A DNA stretch of 64,000 nucleotides, taken from positions 1,203,419-1,267,418 of the forward strand of contig NC_068989.1 of the NCBI RefSeq assembly GCF_001194135.2, read 5' to 3'. Below the pieces are notes generated by a model. The model saw only the letters and a list, made by a program, of their open reading frames with translations. It did not search any database and was not told the origin of the DNA. Shown here in pieces: positions 51,271-62,896 of the stretch. The position numbers were made by a program, and so were the translations under genes. This stretch comes from Octopus bimaculoides. Taxonomy: Eukaryota. Position 1 is the first letter of the stretch. Every line of letters begins with the position of its first letter.

Positions 51271-52699
51271 ATAAAAAAATGTAAATTCTTCTTCTTCTAA
51301 ATGCAACCTTACTCATTCTGTGATTTTTCTCCCACAGACATCAGTGTTTTCAATTGCATGACCCCCTTCACCTGTTGGCATCTTCAGATGCAAAACCTTG
51401 TTGTCCCTTGACGTCTGTGGTTGAGATCTGGGTGCAACTCCTATAAATTAAAGCAAAACCAAAACATAGCATAATAATAATAATAATAATAATAATAGTA
51501 GTAATAATAATAGTCATAATAATAATAATAATAATAATAATGTCTGCTAGAGGCACATGGTCCCAAATTTAGAGGAAAGGATGTATAATTGATTAAAGGA
51601 AGCTCAATATCTGATGACCTTGCAAGTATGAAAATCTAGTTGAAGCTGATTAGATTTGAACTTAGAATGTTGAGAGATGGAACTAAATACCAAAAGTTAT
51701 TTAATCCATCAGTCTACTGTTTGTCTCCATCAACTGATTTGATGAGGATGTAGTGAAGGTGCTATTGGGATATGATGATGATGATGATGATAATGGCAAT
51801 AACAAATGCATGTGTTTTTGTTTTGTCTGATTTTCTGTCCATCCATTCTCCATATCAAGTTTGACAGTGTACTGTTTGGTGTTCTGAGACAAGTGGTGGT
51901 GTCTTGCTCCCCTGGATAGAATGCCAGTCTATCAGTGGATTGAAGCTCACCTCCACAGTTTAATGAACCAGCTGGCACTTTTCACTGATGTGACTGTGCC
52001 ACTCCATGCTCACCGATATCTACAGCTTTTCAATGGATAGATTTAAAGTGTGTCCCTGATGTGAACCAACAGCAGTATACTGACGATGGAATAAGTAAAC
52101 TGTTCACTCCCCTCCCCCCCACCGCCTCCTGTAACTTTCTGATTCCGTAGTGTTATATAATTCCTTGTAAATATGTTGGTTTAATAACATTATGCTATGG
52201 CGGTGATTGTGTTGTTCTCCCCTAATATGGGGGATGGAGGTTACATGTCCTTTTCTATTCCTCTCTACCATGCAACATGTTACATAAAACCATCAACTTA
52301 TTAATTTCAGGATCTCTTGTCCATGGCACCCTGGATTGATTTCTCTTAAGATGAATTCAATTCATCTTTGCAAGCTAAGAAGAAGACACTATTTATTAAG
52401 TATTCATTTTAATTAGTTAATTGATTAATTATATGTTGTTCTCATGACTTATCCTGTTTTGTGCCTGTTTACAACAAAGTGAATATAACCAGTGACAGTC
52501 TAAAGATTTAATCTTGGCTGCCAGCATAATACGACTGGTGAAATAATCCAGGCTGTATTAACTCTTTTAGCTGATATTTCCCTCTGGATTAAGGAAACCA
52601 GCTGAGAGTGAGAATTATTTCGTCTGTTAATCTAATAGTTTATCAATAAGAACATCAACTGAGCAAGGAGTGAGTGTGTGTGTGTCACAGCTGAGTCTA

Positions 52700-53020
52700 T
52701 TAAGAGTAAAAAATAAAGTAAAGACTCCCTTTGATCATGAATGGCCATGGGATTGCACCTAGAAGGTTCCCCTCCGAGGCACAAGTCTGGCCAAGGTTGT
52801 TTATGGAAGACCAACAGTTGTCCATGCATACTAGCCTCCCCCTCTCCATGCCACTGATGTTATCCAAGAGAAAGATGGATACAGCTTGGCACCATTGATG
52901 TCGTAACTCATTTTTACAGCTGAGTGAACTGGAGCAATGTGAAATAAAGTGTCTTGCTCAAGAACACAACATGCAGTCTGGTCTGGGAATTGAACTCTCT
53001 ACCTCGTGATTGTGAGCTGT
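52700..53020 (-). mobile_element. tRNA-derived SINE with conserved central domain
   Basis: gagttcaattccc...gtgttcttgagcaagacactttatttcacattgctccagttcactcagctg. A related piece lies at 8733-8856. Confidence 0.7.
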
Positions 53021-56000
53021 GTCTATTAACTCCTTGAAAAATCATTTAGTTTTGTTATGAAGAAAACAGGCAGAAAATAGATTGAGAAGACTACCTTGTC
53101 AAAATTGCAACATTCGATCCGTTTCCATCCTCCATTGCCAAATATGTCTGATACGGTCTTGCAAGGGTCTGATGTAGAGTTGAGTGTAAGCTTTTAGCAG
53201 GTCAAACCTAGATATACAGAAAATACTCTGCTACAGGTGTTGGAGCAAATAAAGACTGGAGATCCAAGTTCTGTCTTGTTTAAAATATTGTCTGGATTTT
53301 TGCTTCCTTACCTGAGATTTATAAAATAAATATCAGATGTATATTCAGCTTATGTTGAATTGACTCTATACTCCCTGTCTTTGTTGAGGATTTCAGCCCC
53401 TTGTATGTGTGTGTGGTGGAGTAATTATCATTGTCATCATCAATACATGGTTTCCAAATGTGTTTTTCCCCTTTTTTTAACTCTAGCTGTTGTTGTTTAG
53501 TTCTGATTGAGCAGACTTATTATCCAAGACATTCCATCCATAACCATCATGCCTTTTCTCTAGGTGCAGTGCACTCTGGACCCTATTTTCTAACTTGTTC
53601 TTTTCTAAGATGGTAGAGTATGATTTAGCTGCTATGTCGAGCTAGTGAGGCAAACACACTGAAACAACCTTTAATGGTCTTCTAACATTGACTTGATAAC
53701 TAAATGCTTGTTAGGACGAAGGAACAAATCTACAAGTTTAAGTATTTCTAACAGCAAGGCTGTTAATTGGTCATAAATGGTAAAGGGGCAGGTGGAAGGA
53801 AGCAATTAGTTTTAACTCAGGTAGAAATACCTTGTGGGATCAGTTTTGTCTTTCTCTCTCATTTAAGATTGATAAAATAAAGTAGCAGTTATGTACTGGG
53901 TTCAAGGAATCAACTAGCTCTCTCCTCTTAAAATTGCTGGCCTTTTTGCTTAAATAGAAACCATTATTATTATTATTAAAGTGGTGAACTGGCAGTCTCA
54001 TTAGCACACTGGACGAAATGCTTAGCATAATTTCGTCTGTCTTCACGTTCTGAGTTCAAATTCCACCAAAGTTGACTTTCTTTCATCCTCTTGGGGTTTA
54101 TAAACTAGGTAACAGTTGAGTATCGGGGTTGATGTAATCGACTAGTACCCCCCCCCCGTCCCCCCAAATATTAGACTTTGTGCCTAAAGTAGAAAGGATT
54201 ATTATTATTAATGCAGGGTCTGGATAAACTCTTGAGTACTTTAATCTAAGTACTTTAATAGTTATCAGTCTTTCCTTGAGGCTTACAATTCTTAGAGATT
54301 TTAAAATCGTTCTGGGAACCCTGACCCCCCAAGATCCGATCCTAAAACATTCAAAATTACTTCCAACACTGGCTGTTTTCACTTTTAGCGAAGTAATTTT
54401 GAGAATCCCAGTATTTTCAAGAGAATTAAACATCAATCTCCAAACGATAGGCAGTTTGAAGAATTGTCTGTCACACCTTTTGCAGGTGTATGGTACCTTA
54501 CTTTAGAAATTTTGCTTTATCAGTTTTACATTCAAATCCATCAACATGAATTTGGTGTTCCTCTGGGAAGTGAAGAGTGACCATGTTTCTAGACTGCAAC
54601 AATGTAACTCAATGGCATTCATTTAGGCACCTCACCCATCTGCTCTACAAGTATTGATTGGCCTTGTGAGAACAAACCCTTGTTAGGCCTTCTCCCTTTG
54701 GTACAAATCATTGTCATTGGATGCCCTCGGTACTGAGCTTTGAAAGTTTAACTCTGATTTCATTTCATTCTTTCTCTCTCTCTCTCTCTAATACATACAT
54801 TTTATATAAATATATATATATAATGTATGTAAGCTTTATATATAAGCTTTAATTCAGTCCTTTTCATTTCTGAACATCCAATCCTGAAGACAGCAGTAAA
54901 AAATGGTGAGGATTTTACTCTGAAGTTTGACTTGAGGTGAGGAAACGCTTCATTTAATATTGGAGGGGGAGACCACCGTGCCGCCTCACCATAGTATCAC
55001 CTCTCTCTCTCTCTCTCTCGTGCACACTCACACTTCTATATAGTAGCAATTTATATCCTTGAATATGTATCTAACAGAGCAAAATTGTTAAAATTTGGGT
55101 GAAGGGGGATACAGCTAAAATATTATCATTAATAATAATATTATATAAAGTTTTCTTGATTTTTACTTGTTTTTGATAAAATTTTGTTTGAGAAAGAAAT
55201 AGACTTTTTTTTTTTTCATTAAAATATATTTTCTTTTATTCATGGAAGGGTATGTCATTTTTTTCTTTTTGTTTGATACCTTTTTTTTTTCCCATTAAAA
55301 TGTATTACAAATGCCTAAATCTTGTTTTTCTTTGTTTTACTACTCTGCATACCAGTATTTCATGTGTGTCATTTGTTTTAACATTTTTATATGCATATAG
55401 ATACAATCATCCTCTCAATTAAGGAAGGATTGCATCTCTGAAAGCTTTGTTGTAATGAAAAAAAAAAAAAAAAAGCAAAACTTGTATTCTTCTTGACTTC
55501 CAGGTTATCAATTGTGAAGCATTTTTGAAAATTTTTTTCTTTTGAACTGCCCCACAAGAAAACTGAAAAACAGACTTTGTTTTAATGGCTCCAAAGATAC
55601 TATAAGATGTTGCACAAGCATTCAGCTCTGAGCACATTGCATCTCAAAGCAGAAACAACTGTAAGCTAATGAATTTGATAATGCAATTCTCATTTATCTA
55701 ATGTCTTATTATGCTCTGTAGTCAATGCTTTATTCTATGGCATATTGAGTTCTAGCAACTGGTTATTAATCACTACACCTAAGCCAAATCGGCTTCTGTG
55801 TATCTATCTCATGGGTGGGTAGCTGACAAGTTTACTTCACAACCACATGGTTTCAGGTTCAGCTCCATTGCATGCCACACTTGGGTTGCAGCCCATTCTG
55901 ACCGATGCCTTCGGAGCGGATTTCAAAGAAGGGAACTAATACAAGTGTGTGTACCTTTCCCTTAACATTGCTTTTGAATCAGTTCAAAGTGTTGTTTGTT

Positions 56001-56457
56001 AAAATAGTAAACAAATTTTGATTGATACAAGCATAGTAACAAACTTACAAAATATAAAACATTTAATGTATTATTGCTATCATAGAAAAGTGCCAAACAT
56101 TCTCTCCTGCTGTCTTCCACTCTCTCTCCTCTTCTCCTGCACTTCCCCCAGGTTGGGTCACCATGTATCTCCTTAGCAGCAGCTCATCTCTCTCTCTCTC
56201 CCCCCACCTCTGTCTGGGTAACCTTGTACCTCCTTGTTTCTGTCTCACAACAACCTTTCATCAACTGACACAAGATCACCTCCTCCAATGCCCACCTCCC
56301 CTCTCAAAGGATCCTTGGTGACCCTGTCAGTGCAGGTGCCACTTAAAAAGCATCCAGTCTACACTGTAAAGTGGTTGGCATCCAGCTGTAAAACCCTTGC
56401 CAAAACTGACCTCGCCTGTGCTTGTGCCACGTAAAAAGCACTCAGTGCACCCAGCTG

Positions 56458-57103
56458 NNNNNNNNNNNNNNNNNNNNNNNNNNNNNNNNNNNNNNNNNNN
56501 NNNNNNNNNNNNNNNNNNNNNNNNNNNNNNNNNNNNNNNNNNNNNNNNNNNNNNNNNNNNNNNNNNNNNNNNNNNNNNNNNNNNNNNNNNNNNNNNNNNN
56601 NNNNNNNNNNNNNNNNNNNNNNNNNNNNNNNNNNNNNNNNNNNNNNNNNNNNNNNNNNNNNNNNNNNNNNNNNNNNNNNNNNNNNNNNNNNNNNNNNNNN
56701 NNNNNNNNNNNNNNNNNNNNNNNNNNNNNNNNNNNNNNNNNNNNNNNNNNNNNNNNNNNNNNNNNNNNNNNNNNNNNNNNNNNNNNNNNNNNNNNNNNNN
56801 NNNNNNNNNNNNNNNNNNNNNNNNNNNNNNNNNNNNNNNNNNNNNNNNNNNNNNNNNNNNNNNNNNNNNNNNNNNNNNNNNNNNNNNNNNNNNNNNNNNN
56901 NNNNNNNNNNNNNNNNNNNNNNNNNNNNNNNNNNNNNNNNNNNNNNNNNNNNNNNNNNNNNNNNNNNNNNNNNNNNNNNNNNNNNNNNNNNNNNNNNNNN
57001 NNNNNNNNNNNNNNNNNNNNNNNNNNNNNNNNNNNNNNNNNNNNNNNNNNNNNNNNNNNNNNNNNNNNNNNNNNNNNNNNNNNNNNNNNNNNNNNNNNNN
57101 NNN
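56458..57103. other. Assembly gap (others at 5900-5994, 8024-8120, 9237-9557, 15698-15938, 17012-17177 and 19736-19749)
   Basis: Runs of N. Confidence 0.99.
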
Positions 57104-57449
57104 CATTTTTATGTGTGTGTTTATATGTAAACACACACACACACACACGCAACATAGCCACAGATTATTACCATCACTTTCATATGTTCAAATACATTTT
57201 TTTTTTTCAAAAAAGCCAAACTGTTTCAAATATCTTTGCTTGTTTAATTCACAGCCACTAAAAACAGGTAGAGATGCTAAAATATTTTGGGAAAGCACTC
57301 CATAGCTCCATCATCAAAGATGGTCACATGATTTTTAACAAGTTAACATTTTAATTCTATTATTTGGTCCATTATCAGCAATTACATCGACAGACAGCAT
57401 TACCAGATTCTTTTTTTTTTTTTTCTTCATTTAAAAATTCTTTTTCTTT

Positions 57450-57967
57450 CTAAAGGAAATTCATCTCAAGCTGTGCAACATGAGAGAAAGCACTTGCAAG
57501 TTTTTTGGGGTTTAAATCATGGAATTGGTTCAATGTGTCCTCCATGTCTTGAAGGCATGTTTCTTCTAACATTTGAAGCATGTCTGTCTTTTGCGCTGCC
57601 AGTGGACCCCCACTTGCAAGCAAAGATTTCAGTTTCATGTGACTTTTATAAAGTTTGTGTTTACGATCAACTTCTTTCTGGAAACGGGGTTTCTGATGAG
57701 CAGGATCATCGTCCCCATAAGACGGAGATATACTGGGGAGATCCACTTCCTGGATTTCAGAAGAAAACATAAATGGTTTGAAAATACTTGTCTTTGGGTT
57801 TGGTGTGGCAGTAAACCAGTGGCAGGAGCCACTGAAACTACTGGCCCCTTCTTGTGGACAAAGCAGAGATATTTGGCTGCTGGCTGTGACAAATTGGTCT
57901 CTTGATATATTGATGCCAATGGCATCTTTTCGAAGATGCTTGAAAGAATTTCGAGGATTTAAGGGTT
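57450..57967 (-). CDS. SCRN: Secernin terminal exon
   Basis: (E)PLNPRNSFKHLRKDAIGINIS...TASSQISLL...CHWFTATPNPKTSIFKPFMF...SPSYGDDDPAHQKPRFQKEVDRKHKLYK...ELMNFL-type C-terminus (QLEMNFL*), matching human HYFTGTPDPSRSIFKPFIF...FGDDDPAKKEPRFQEKPDRRHELYK. The ORF track shows only the last 106 aa. Confidence 0.96.
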
Positions 57968-58054
57968 CTGAAAGGAGAAAATAAATTGAAAGATTTTTTT
58001 TATTACAAAATGATTATGAAAAAAAAAAAAAATGTAATCTAAGCAAAATTAAAA

Positions 58055-58629
58055 CTACAGTTCTATATTTAAGAGATGAGGAATTATGTACATTATTTAC
58101 ATTTGACAGATATTTGTTGTTAACACAAACTTTTTGGCTGATATACCCACCAGCCTTCATCAGGTGTCTTGGGGAAATTTCACACCTGGGTTCTCATTCC
58201 TAAGGTATTTTTCGATATTATTATTATTATTATTTATGGAATTAAACTCGGAATCTTGGGGGTTAGTAGCCTGTGCTCTTAACCACTACACCATATACCC
58301 GTGGGCAATTATGGAGTGAATTTTTTTAGGGCTCATAAATCTAATATTTTCCTATCCTTCTTTAATACTGGTTCCTATATACTGCTCGTATCTGCACTCG
58401 ATCTGCTTAGGAAGTTATTATGTCCTAGCATATGTGCTGCTTCTTTTAGTTTTCGTATTTTCCAATGGTGTTCTCTGTCATTTTTTTTAACTTCATCCCA
58501 CAGGGGGAGGTGGTCTCCATTTTTCCATGCATGGTCAGCTATACCCGATTTATCAATATCTCCTTGTGTCACAGCTTTGAAATGTTCCTCTATCCTTATT
58601 TTGAGGGGGTGGCATGTTTTGCCTTTGTA
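58055..58629 (-). mobile_element. Penelope-like element 3' fragment, left arm of palindrome (GIY-YIG endonuclease remnant, tRNA-like head, hammerhead motif)
   Basis: YKGKTCHPLKIRIEEH...KSGIADHAWKNGDHLPLWDEV...RKLKEAAHM is the C-terminal part of a PLE GIY-YIG domain, with R, E and His ligands present. A premature TAG lies at 58375. Confidence 0.9.
58122..58168 (-). ncRNA. Degenerate hammerhead motif (G12 to A, helix III damaged)
   Basis: GACAC-CUGAUGA-A-GGCUG-GUGGGUAUAU-CAGCC-AAAA-AGUUU-GUGUU. Confidence 0.55.
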
Positions 58630-58939
58630 TACAAAGGTGAAACATAAGTGTAGATGAACATCGCAAAGCTGTGACACGAGGAGATATTGATAAATCGGGT
58701 ATAGCTGACCATGCATGGAAAAATGGAGACCACCTCCCCCTGTGGGATGAAGTTGAAATAATAGACAGAACACCACTGGAAAAAATGAAAACTAAAAGAA
58801 GCAGTACGTATGCTAGGACACAACAACCTCTTAAGCAGACAGAGTGCAGACATGAGTAGCATATGGGAACTGGTATTAAGGAAGGATATGAAAATATTAG
58901 ATTTATGAGCCCTAAAAAATTCACTCCATAATTGCCCAC

Positions 58940-59013
58940 GGGCATATGGTGTTGTGGTTAAGAGTACAGGCTACTAACCCCCAAGATTCCGAGTTTAATT
59001 CCAGGCAGTGACC
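58940..59013 (+). promoter_or_regulatory. tRNA-like Pol III head (A box and B box) in the Penelope 3' region; not a functional tRNA
   Basis: A-box-like TGGTGTTGTGG at 58947 (TGGTGTAGTGG in the left arm). B-box-like GAGTTTAATTCC at 58991, which reads GTTCGATTCC in the copy at 42305. The anticodon stem does not pair. Confidence 0.7.
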
Positions 59014-59078
59014 TGAATAATAATAATAATATCGAAAAATACCTTAGGAATGAGAACCCAAGTTCGAAATTTCCCCAA

Positions 59079-59124
59079 GACACCTGATGAAGGCTGGAGG
59101 GTATATCAGCCAAAACGCTGTGTT
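59079..59124 (+). ncRNA. Degenerate hammerhead motif (G12 to A, U16.1 to C)
   Basis: GACAC-CUGAUGA-A-GGCUG...CAGCC-AAAA-CGCU-GUGUU. Confidence 0.6.
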
Positions 59125-59779
59125 AACAACAAACAAGATGAGGACAAATATCCGTCAAATGTAAAAGTAAAACTATTGATGTCTTATATAGATCCAGAAT
59201 TAATGTAATTAAACAAACATAGTATATTAATGAAATTTAATGACTCTCAATTGTGGAAATAGAAAAAAGCAGGAGTTGAAGTCCTCGTTTGAACATAAAA
59301 TCCTGATTTACACAAATTCGTCAAATGCAATTAAAGTCTGGCATTGACCAGTGACCAGCATTATGTTGTGTTACAAGACATAATTCTCAGTGATTGAATT
59401 TCTCCTCACAGTGGTACTTATTATTACCAAACATTGACAACACTGCGAAAATGATGACCAGGAAAGACTGTTGAAGAACTGCCACCAAAAATAAAGAGCA
59501 GCTCTGTGAGTCCTTGAGATTCAGGAAGGATCAGATTTGTTAAATTTTCAGTGTTTCAGTTAAATTTCTTGAGAGAAATGAATGATGTTCATTGTAAAAA
59601 TATTTGCAGGTAAACCAATGTTTGCAGCATAGAGAAAAACAATAAATAAATGCAGGCAGGAAACGGCCAAGTGGTGGAGGTTATTGAAAAGCCATTTATA
59701 TACATAAATCCACACAGAAACACACAAATAAGTGAAATCAGAAAAAGTTTTGTTTGTAAATAAAATCCCTGCTTCTGAA

Positions 59780-60300
59780 TGTTTTTTTTCTCCACCGGTA
59801 AAGTGTTCAAACAACAGAAATAAGCAAAAACCTAACGGTGCTAAGTTTGGAGAGGAGTGAGGTAGAGTTTCTCAGCCTAAGGAATCTATTATTCCTTGGG
59901 TTATCTTGTTGAACGCATTGCTATGTTCTCAGGGGACAGCTCCTGAGGTACCCACTTCCCTTCTCTAAACAATTTTTCAAATCTGCTTGAGATGATCTTG
60001 CATAGCAGACCAAGTCTTATTAAACCTCTGGAATAATTCCCCGATGCTTTGATGTGTCATTATTGAGAACAGTTGATCTCCTTGATCGATATTCATCCAA
60101 AAGATCAAAACCACTGTTTTTTTCTCTTTTAAATTTATCAAACCACCTTTGGCATTTCTGAAAACTCACACCATCAGGTTATATATACGGAACATATGTT
60201 TTGTCCTGGTATGCATTGCATAGTTATCCTTAGGAAATTCTCAAAGCATGCAATACCAAATATGCAACGAACTAGACCTTGTCTTCCATGGCCTGTTTCA
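59780..60300 (-). mobile_element. Mariner transposase remnant
   Basis: NICSVY...CQRWFDKFK...FDLLDEYRS...GKWVPQELS (WVPHEL motif at 59937-59954)...FTGGEK (degenerate TGDEK), with many stops. Confidence 0.75.
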
Positions 60301-60563
60301 TATAAAACATACACACACACACACAGCATGTGTCTACATTGACATTTGGTTATAAACTCTATGCTGATTGGATGATTACAAGGACACCTTTGATTGGCTT
60401 GTAAACTATTTGTGTTATGATGTTGAACTGTTTACATGAAAATATGACATTACTTTTTGGTACCCCTAATACTTATAGAATCTTGTAGGAAATGTGAAAT
60501 AGATAGAAATTGTGAAGAATACCATCCATTTAATAAATAAATAAATAAATATTAGTTTCCTAC

Positions 60564-60764
60564 CTGCAACGAGCAGTTCCTCTGTTTTAGAAATTTCTGC
60601 ATCAATTGCAGGTGCATTATCAGGTGTAAATACTTTTGCAAAATTAAATGGTCCATCAGATTCTTGGTAAAGTCCTGCTTCACTAACTTTAGCAATTAGA
60701 TTCTCTGATGAGAGAGAGAAGTTATCAGAGATGGTGAGGTGGCCATGTATACTATACAATCCAG
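60564..60764 (-). CDS. SCRN: Secernin exon
   Basis: (A)GLYSIHGHLTISDNFSLSSENLIAKVSEAGLYQESDGPFNFAKVF resembles the human GWWTGEGEFNFSEVF region. Boundaries ttcag| and G|gtagga; phase 1/1. Confidence 0.9.
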
Positions 60765-61239
60765 CTGAAATGGTAAAAAGAGAAAAAAGAATAAAATGTT
60801 GGACATTTCTAAAAAAGAAAAAAACTCATTATATTATCAACAGAATTTGATATAAAATTAAATTGCTATTTTGCTGATTGCCTTTATTTTTTTTCCTATT
60901 GATATCATTTCATATACATGGATTGACTTTATTCAAAAGACAAAGAACGAAATGTGTCATAACACTTAATGAAATAGTTTTCTAAATTTGGTGAAGGGCC
61001 CTGCTTCAATCACCACAGCAAGCAAACATCTTTAAAGGGCTTGTCAGTCTGCCCCATGGTCCCAGCTGACAAAATAGAAAAAGCATTAAGTGATTTCTGA
61101 CAGTATCAGTACAGTATTGAACACTTGAAAAATCCGTCAATAGTATTAATGTTGTGTCCATAGCCAAGAAAAAATTAATCCTCACGGGGGTTAAGCCATT
61201 TTCAATGTAAATAAGAACCATTTTATTGGAGCATCTTGT

Positions 61240-61460
61240 TGCTACTGCTGTTGTTGTTTAGCACAAGGTTAATACAGATCAAAAAGACCTGTAATCAATA
61301 GAGTTCCAGGAGGTGATTTTCTGATCTTTTTCAAGATGTAATCAGAGGGAAATCTGGCTGCTATTTTTAGCAAGGTAAGTAACCATGTATAGGCTTGAGT
61401 TAATGAGGGAGCCTTCACAAGGTCACTCAATCTACAAGATATAACAGTCAAATCTAACAC
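61240..61460 (+). repeat. Further dispersed SINE-like family (representative copy)
   Basis: The shared core atttggctgctatttctagcaag recurs at about 1381-1520, 13790-13860, 24340-24560, 35590-35780 and 53480-53660; related flanks occur at 11950-12160, 26200-26340 and 39490-39610. Confidence 0.65.
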
Positions 61461-62038
61461 ACATGAAAATATAAGTATATCAATAATGGTGACTAACAGA
61501 TATTTAACATATATCTAAATTTAATAAAGGTAATTCTAACAGATATGTAACACACACATTTAATAAAGGTGAAATTGTGGAGATGCAGGCAAGTGGATGC
61601 GTTCTGTGTCCAATTTAGTGAAACTAATCAAAGACAAGGAACATAGATATAAATTCTTCAGGATGGAATAAGTGGAGTTGGTATACTATTAGAGAAATGG
61701 ATAGAAACAGTAGTTAAAGACACCAAGGTGAGTCATAAGATGATTAAACTTCAGTCAGACTTCAACAACATAAACAGCAACATTTACTCTGCTCTTGTGG
61801 TGTGGTCAGTTCTGGAGGACAAACAGAAAGATGTGACGCCTCTGTAATGCTGGTGGTACAAGAATACAGGCAATCAGTACATTCTGATTAATGCTAAGAA
61901 GGACATCCAGCAATAGAAACCAAAATGAAATGCAAGCTAAATGAGTTTCCCATCAACAAAGCCAAGGTGAGCAAATCCATTCCGACCCATGTTTTGGAAT
62001 TTATTGACAGTGTTCGGGTGACTGGAACCTCATCTTAC

Positions 62039-62253
62039 CTGTGACTTTTGCAGCTGCCCAGAAAGAACCATTTCCAACCGTCTCAACCACCCAAACTTCA
62101 GAACCATCTGTTATGAGGAAACTATAGCAGTGTTTACAGGAATGTGTGAAGGTAGGTATTTCACTGTAGGGACCACTTTGACCATGTGTGGTCAGCAGAG
62201 ATGTAAGGACATCGACAGCTTCACGAGAACATTTGCTGCGTTCTAATGTCAAC
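62039..62253 (-). CDS. SCRN: Secernin exon
   Basis: (R)LTLERSKCSREAVDVLTSLLTTHGQSG...YSFLITDGSEVWVVETVG..FWAAAKVT resembles human LGLERGETAKEALDVIVSLLEEHGQGG...EAWVLETIGKYWAAEKVT. Phase 2/1. Confidence 0.95.
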
Positions 62254-62536
62254 CTAAGAGAAATGAAATCAATCATTAAACATCAGAAAAAAGAAGAAAA
62301 AGATGAAAATGAGATTGAAGGTGATTGTTTGGAGAAGGATTTCTTTATATTTTCTTAAACAGGATAAAACTGAGGTGGTGGTCTTCATGCTTTCCCAACA
62401 TTATTAATTATGTGATGGAGATGATCACAATGGTAATGAAGATGATGATAATGGGGTTAGTGAGGATAGAAAATATTAAATAATGATGAGGATAAAAATG
62501 ATAACGAGGTTGAAGCAATGGAAACAATGTTGAGAT

Positions 62537-62668
62537 TGATAGCAACAACTGCTGACACTGACAGCAACAACTGCTGACACTGACAGCAAAAATTGCTGAT
62601 ACAGACAGCAATAATTATTGACACTGACAGCAACAACTGCTGACATAGACAGCAAGAATTGCTGACAC
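62537..62668. repeat. Minisatellite, 6 x 22 bp (tgacagcaacaactgctgacac)
   Basis: Six contiguous degenerate units with no spacers. Confidence 0.9.
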
Positions 62669-62708
62669 TGATGATAACACAGAGGAATACAACAATAATA
62701 AAACTGAC

Positions 62709-62896
62709 CTGAGTAAATCAGCTGCCAGCAACTTTTCCTCTTCGCCCAGTTTCTCTTCCAGTCTGCTGTAGACTATGGAACTGCCAATACATACTCCATA
62801 TTCATTAGCTCCCATCTCAGCCCCCCACATCCATGCTGCTTTGCTCAGTACCACACCGTTTGTGTGCGGGGACTGGTCAATCTCTATAAGGCTGCA
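62709..62896 (-). CDS. SCRN: Secernin-family (peptidase C69/Ntn-like) exon; first exon visible in the window
   Basis: [38 protein letters not shown] resembles human SCRN1 [37 protein letters not shown]. Boundaries tttag| and AG|gtcagt; phase 0/2. Confidence 0.95.

Larger units (their letters stand above)
58630..59165 (+). mobile_element. Penelope-like element 3' fragment, right arm of palindrome
   Basis: YKGET..VDEHRKAVTRGDIDKSGIADHAWKNGDHLPLWDEVEIIDR, frameshifted; likely natural stop TGA at 58906. It is the inverted copy of 58055-58629. Confidence 0.9.

Noticed and set aside
58940-59013. Functional tRNA gene
   Set aside because: The anticodon and acceptor stems do not pair, and the sequence is embedded in a repeat with diverged copies.
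62537-62668. Regular palindromic repeats resembling a CRISPR array
   Set aside because: The units are contiguous with no unique spacers, the location is a eukaryotic intron, and there are no cas genes.
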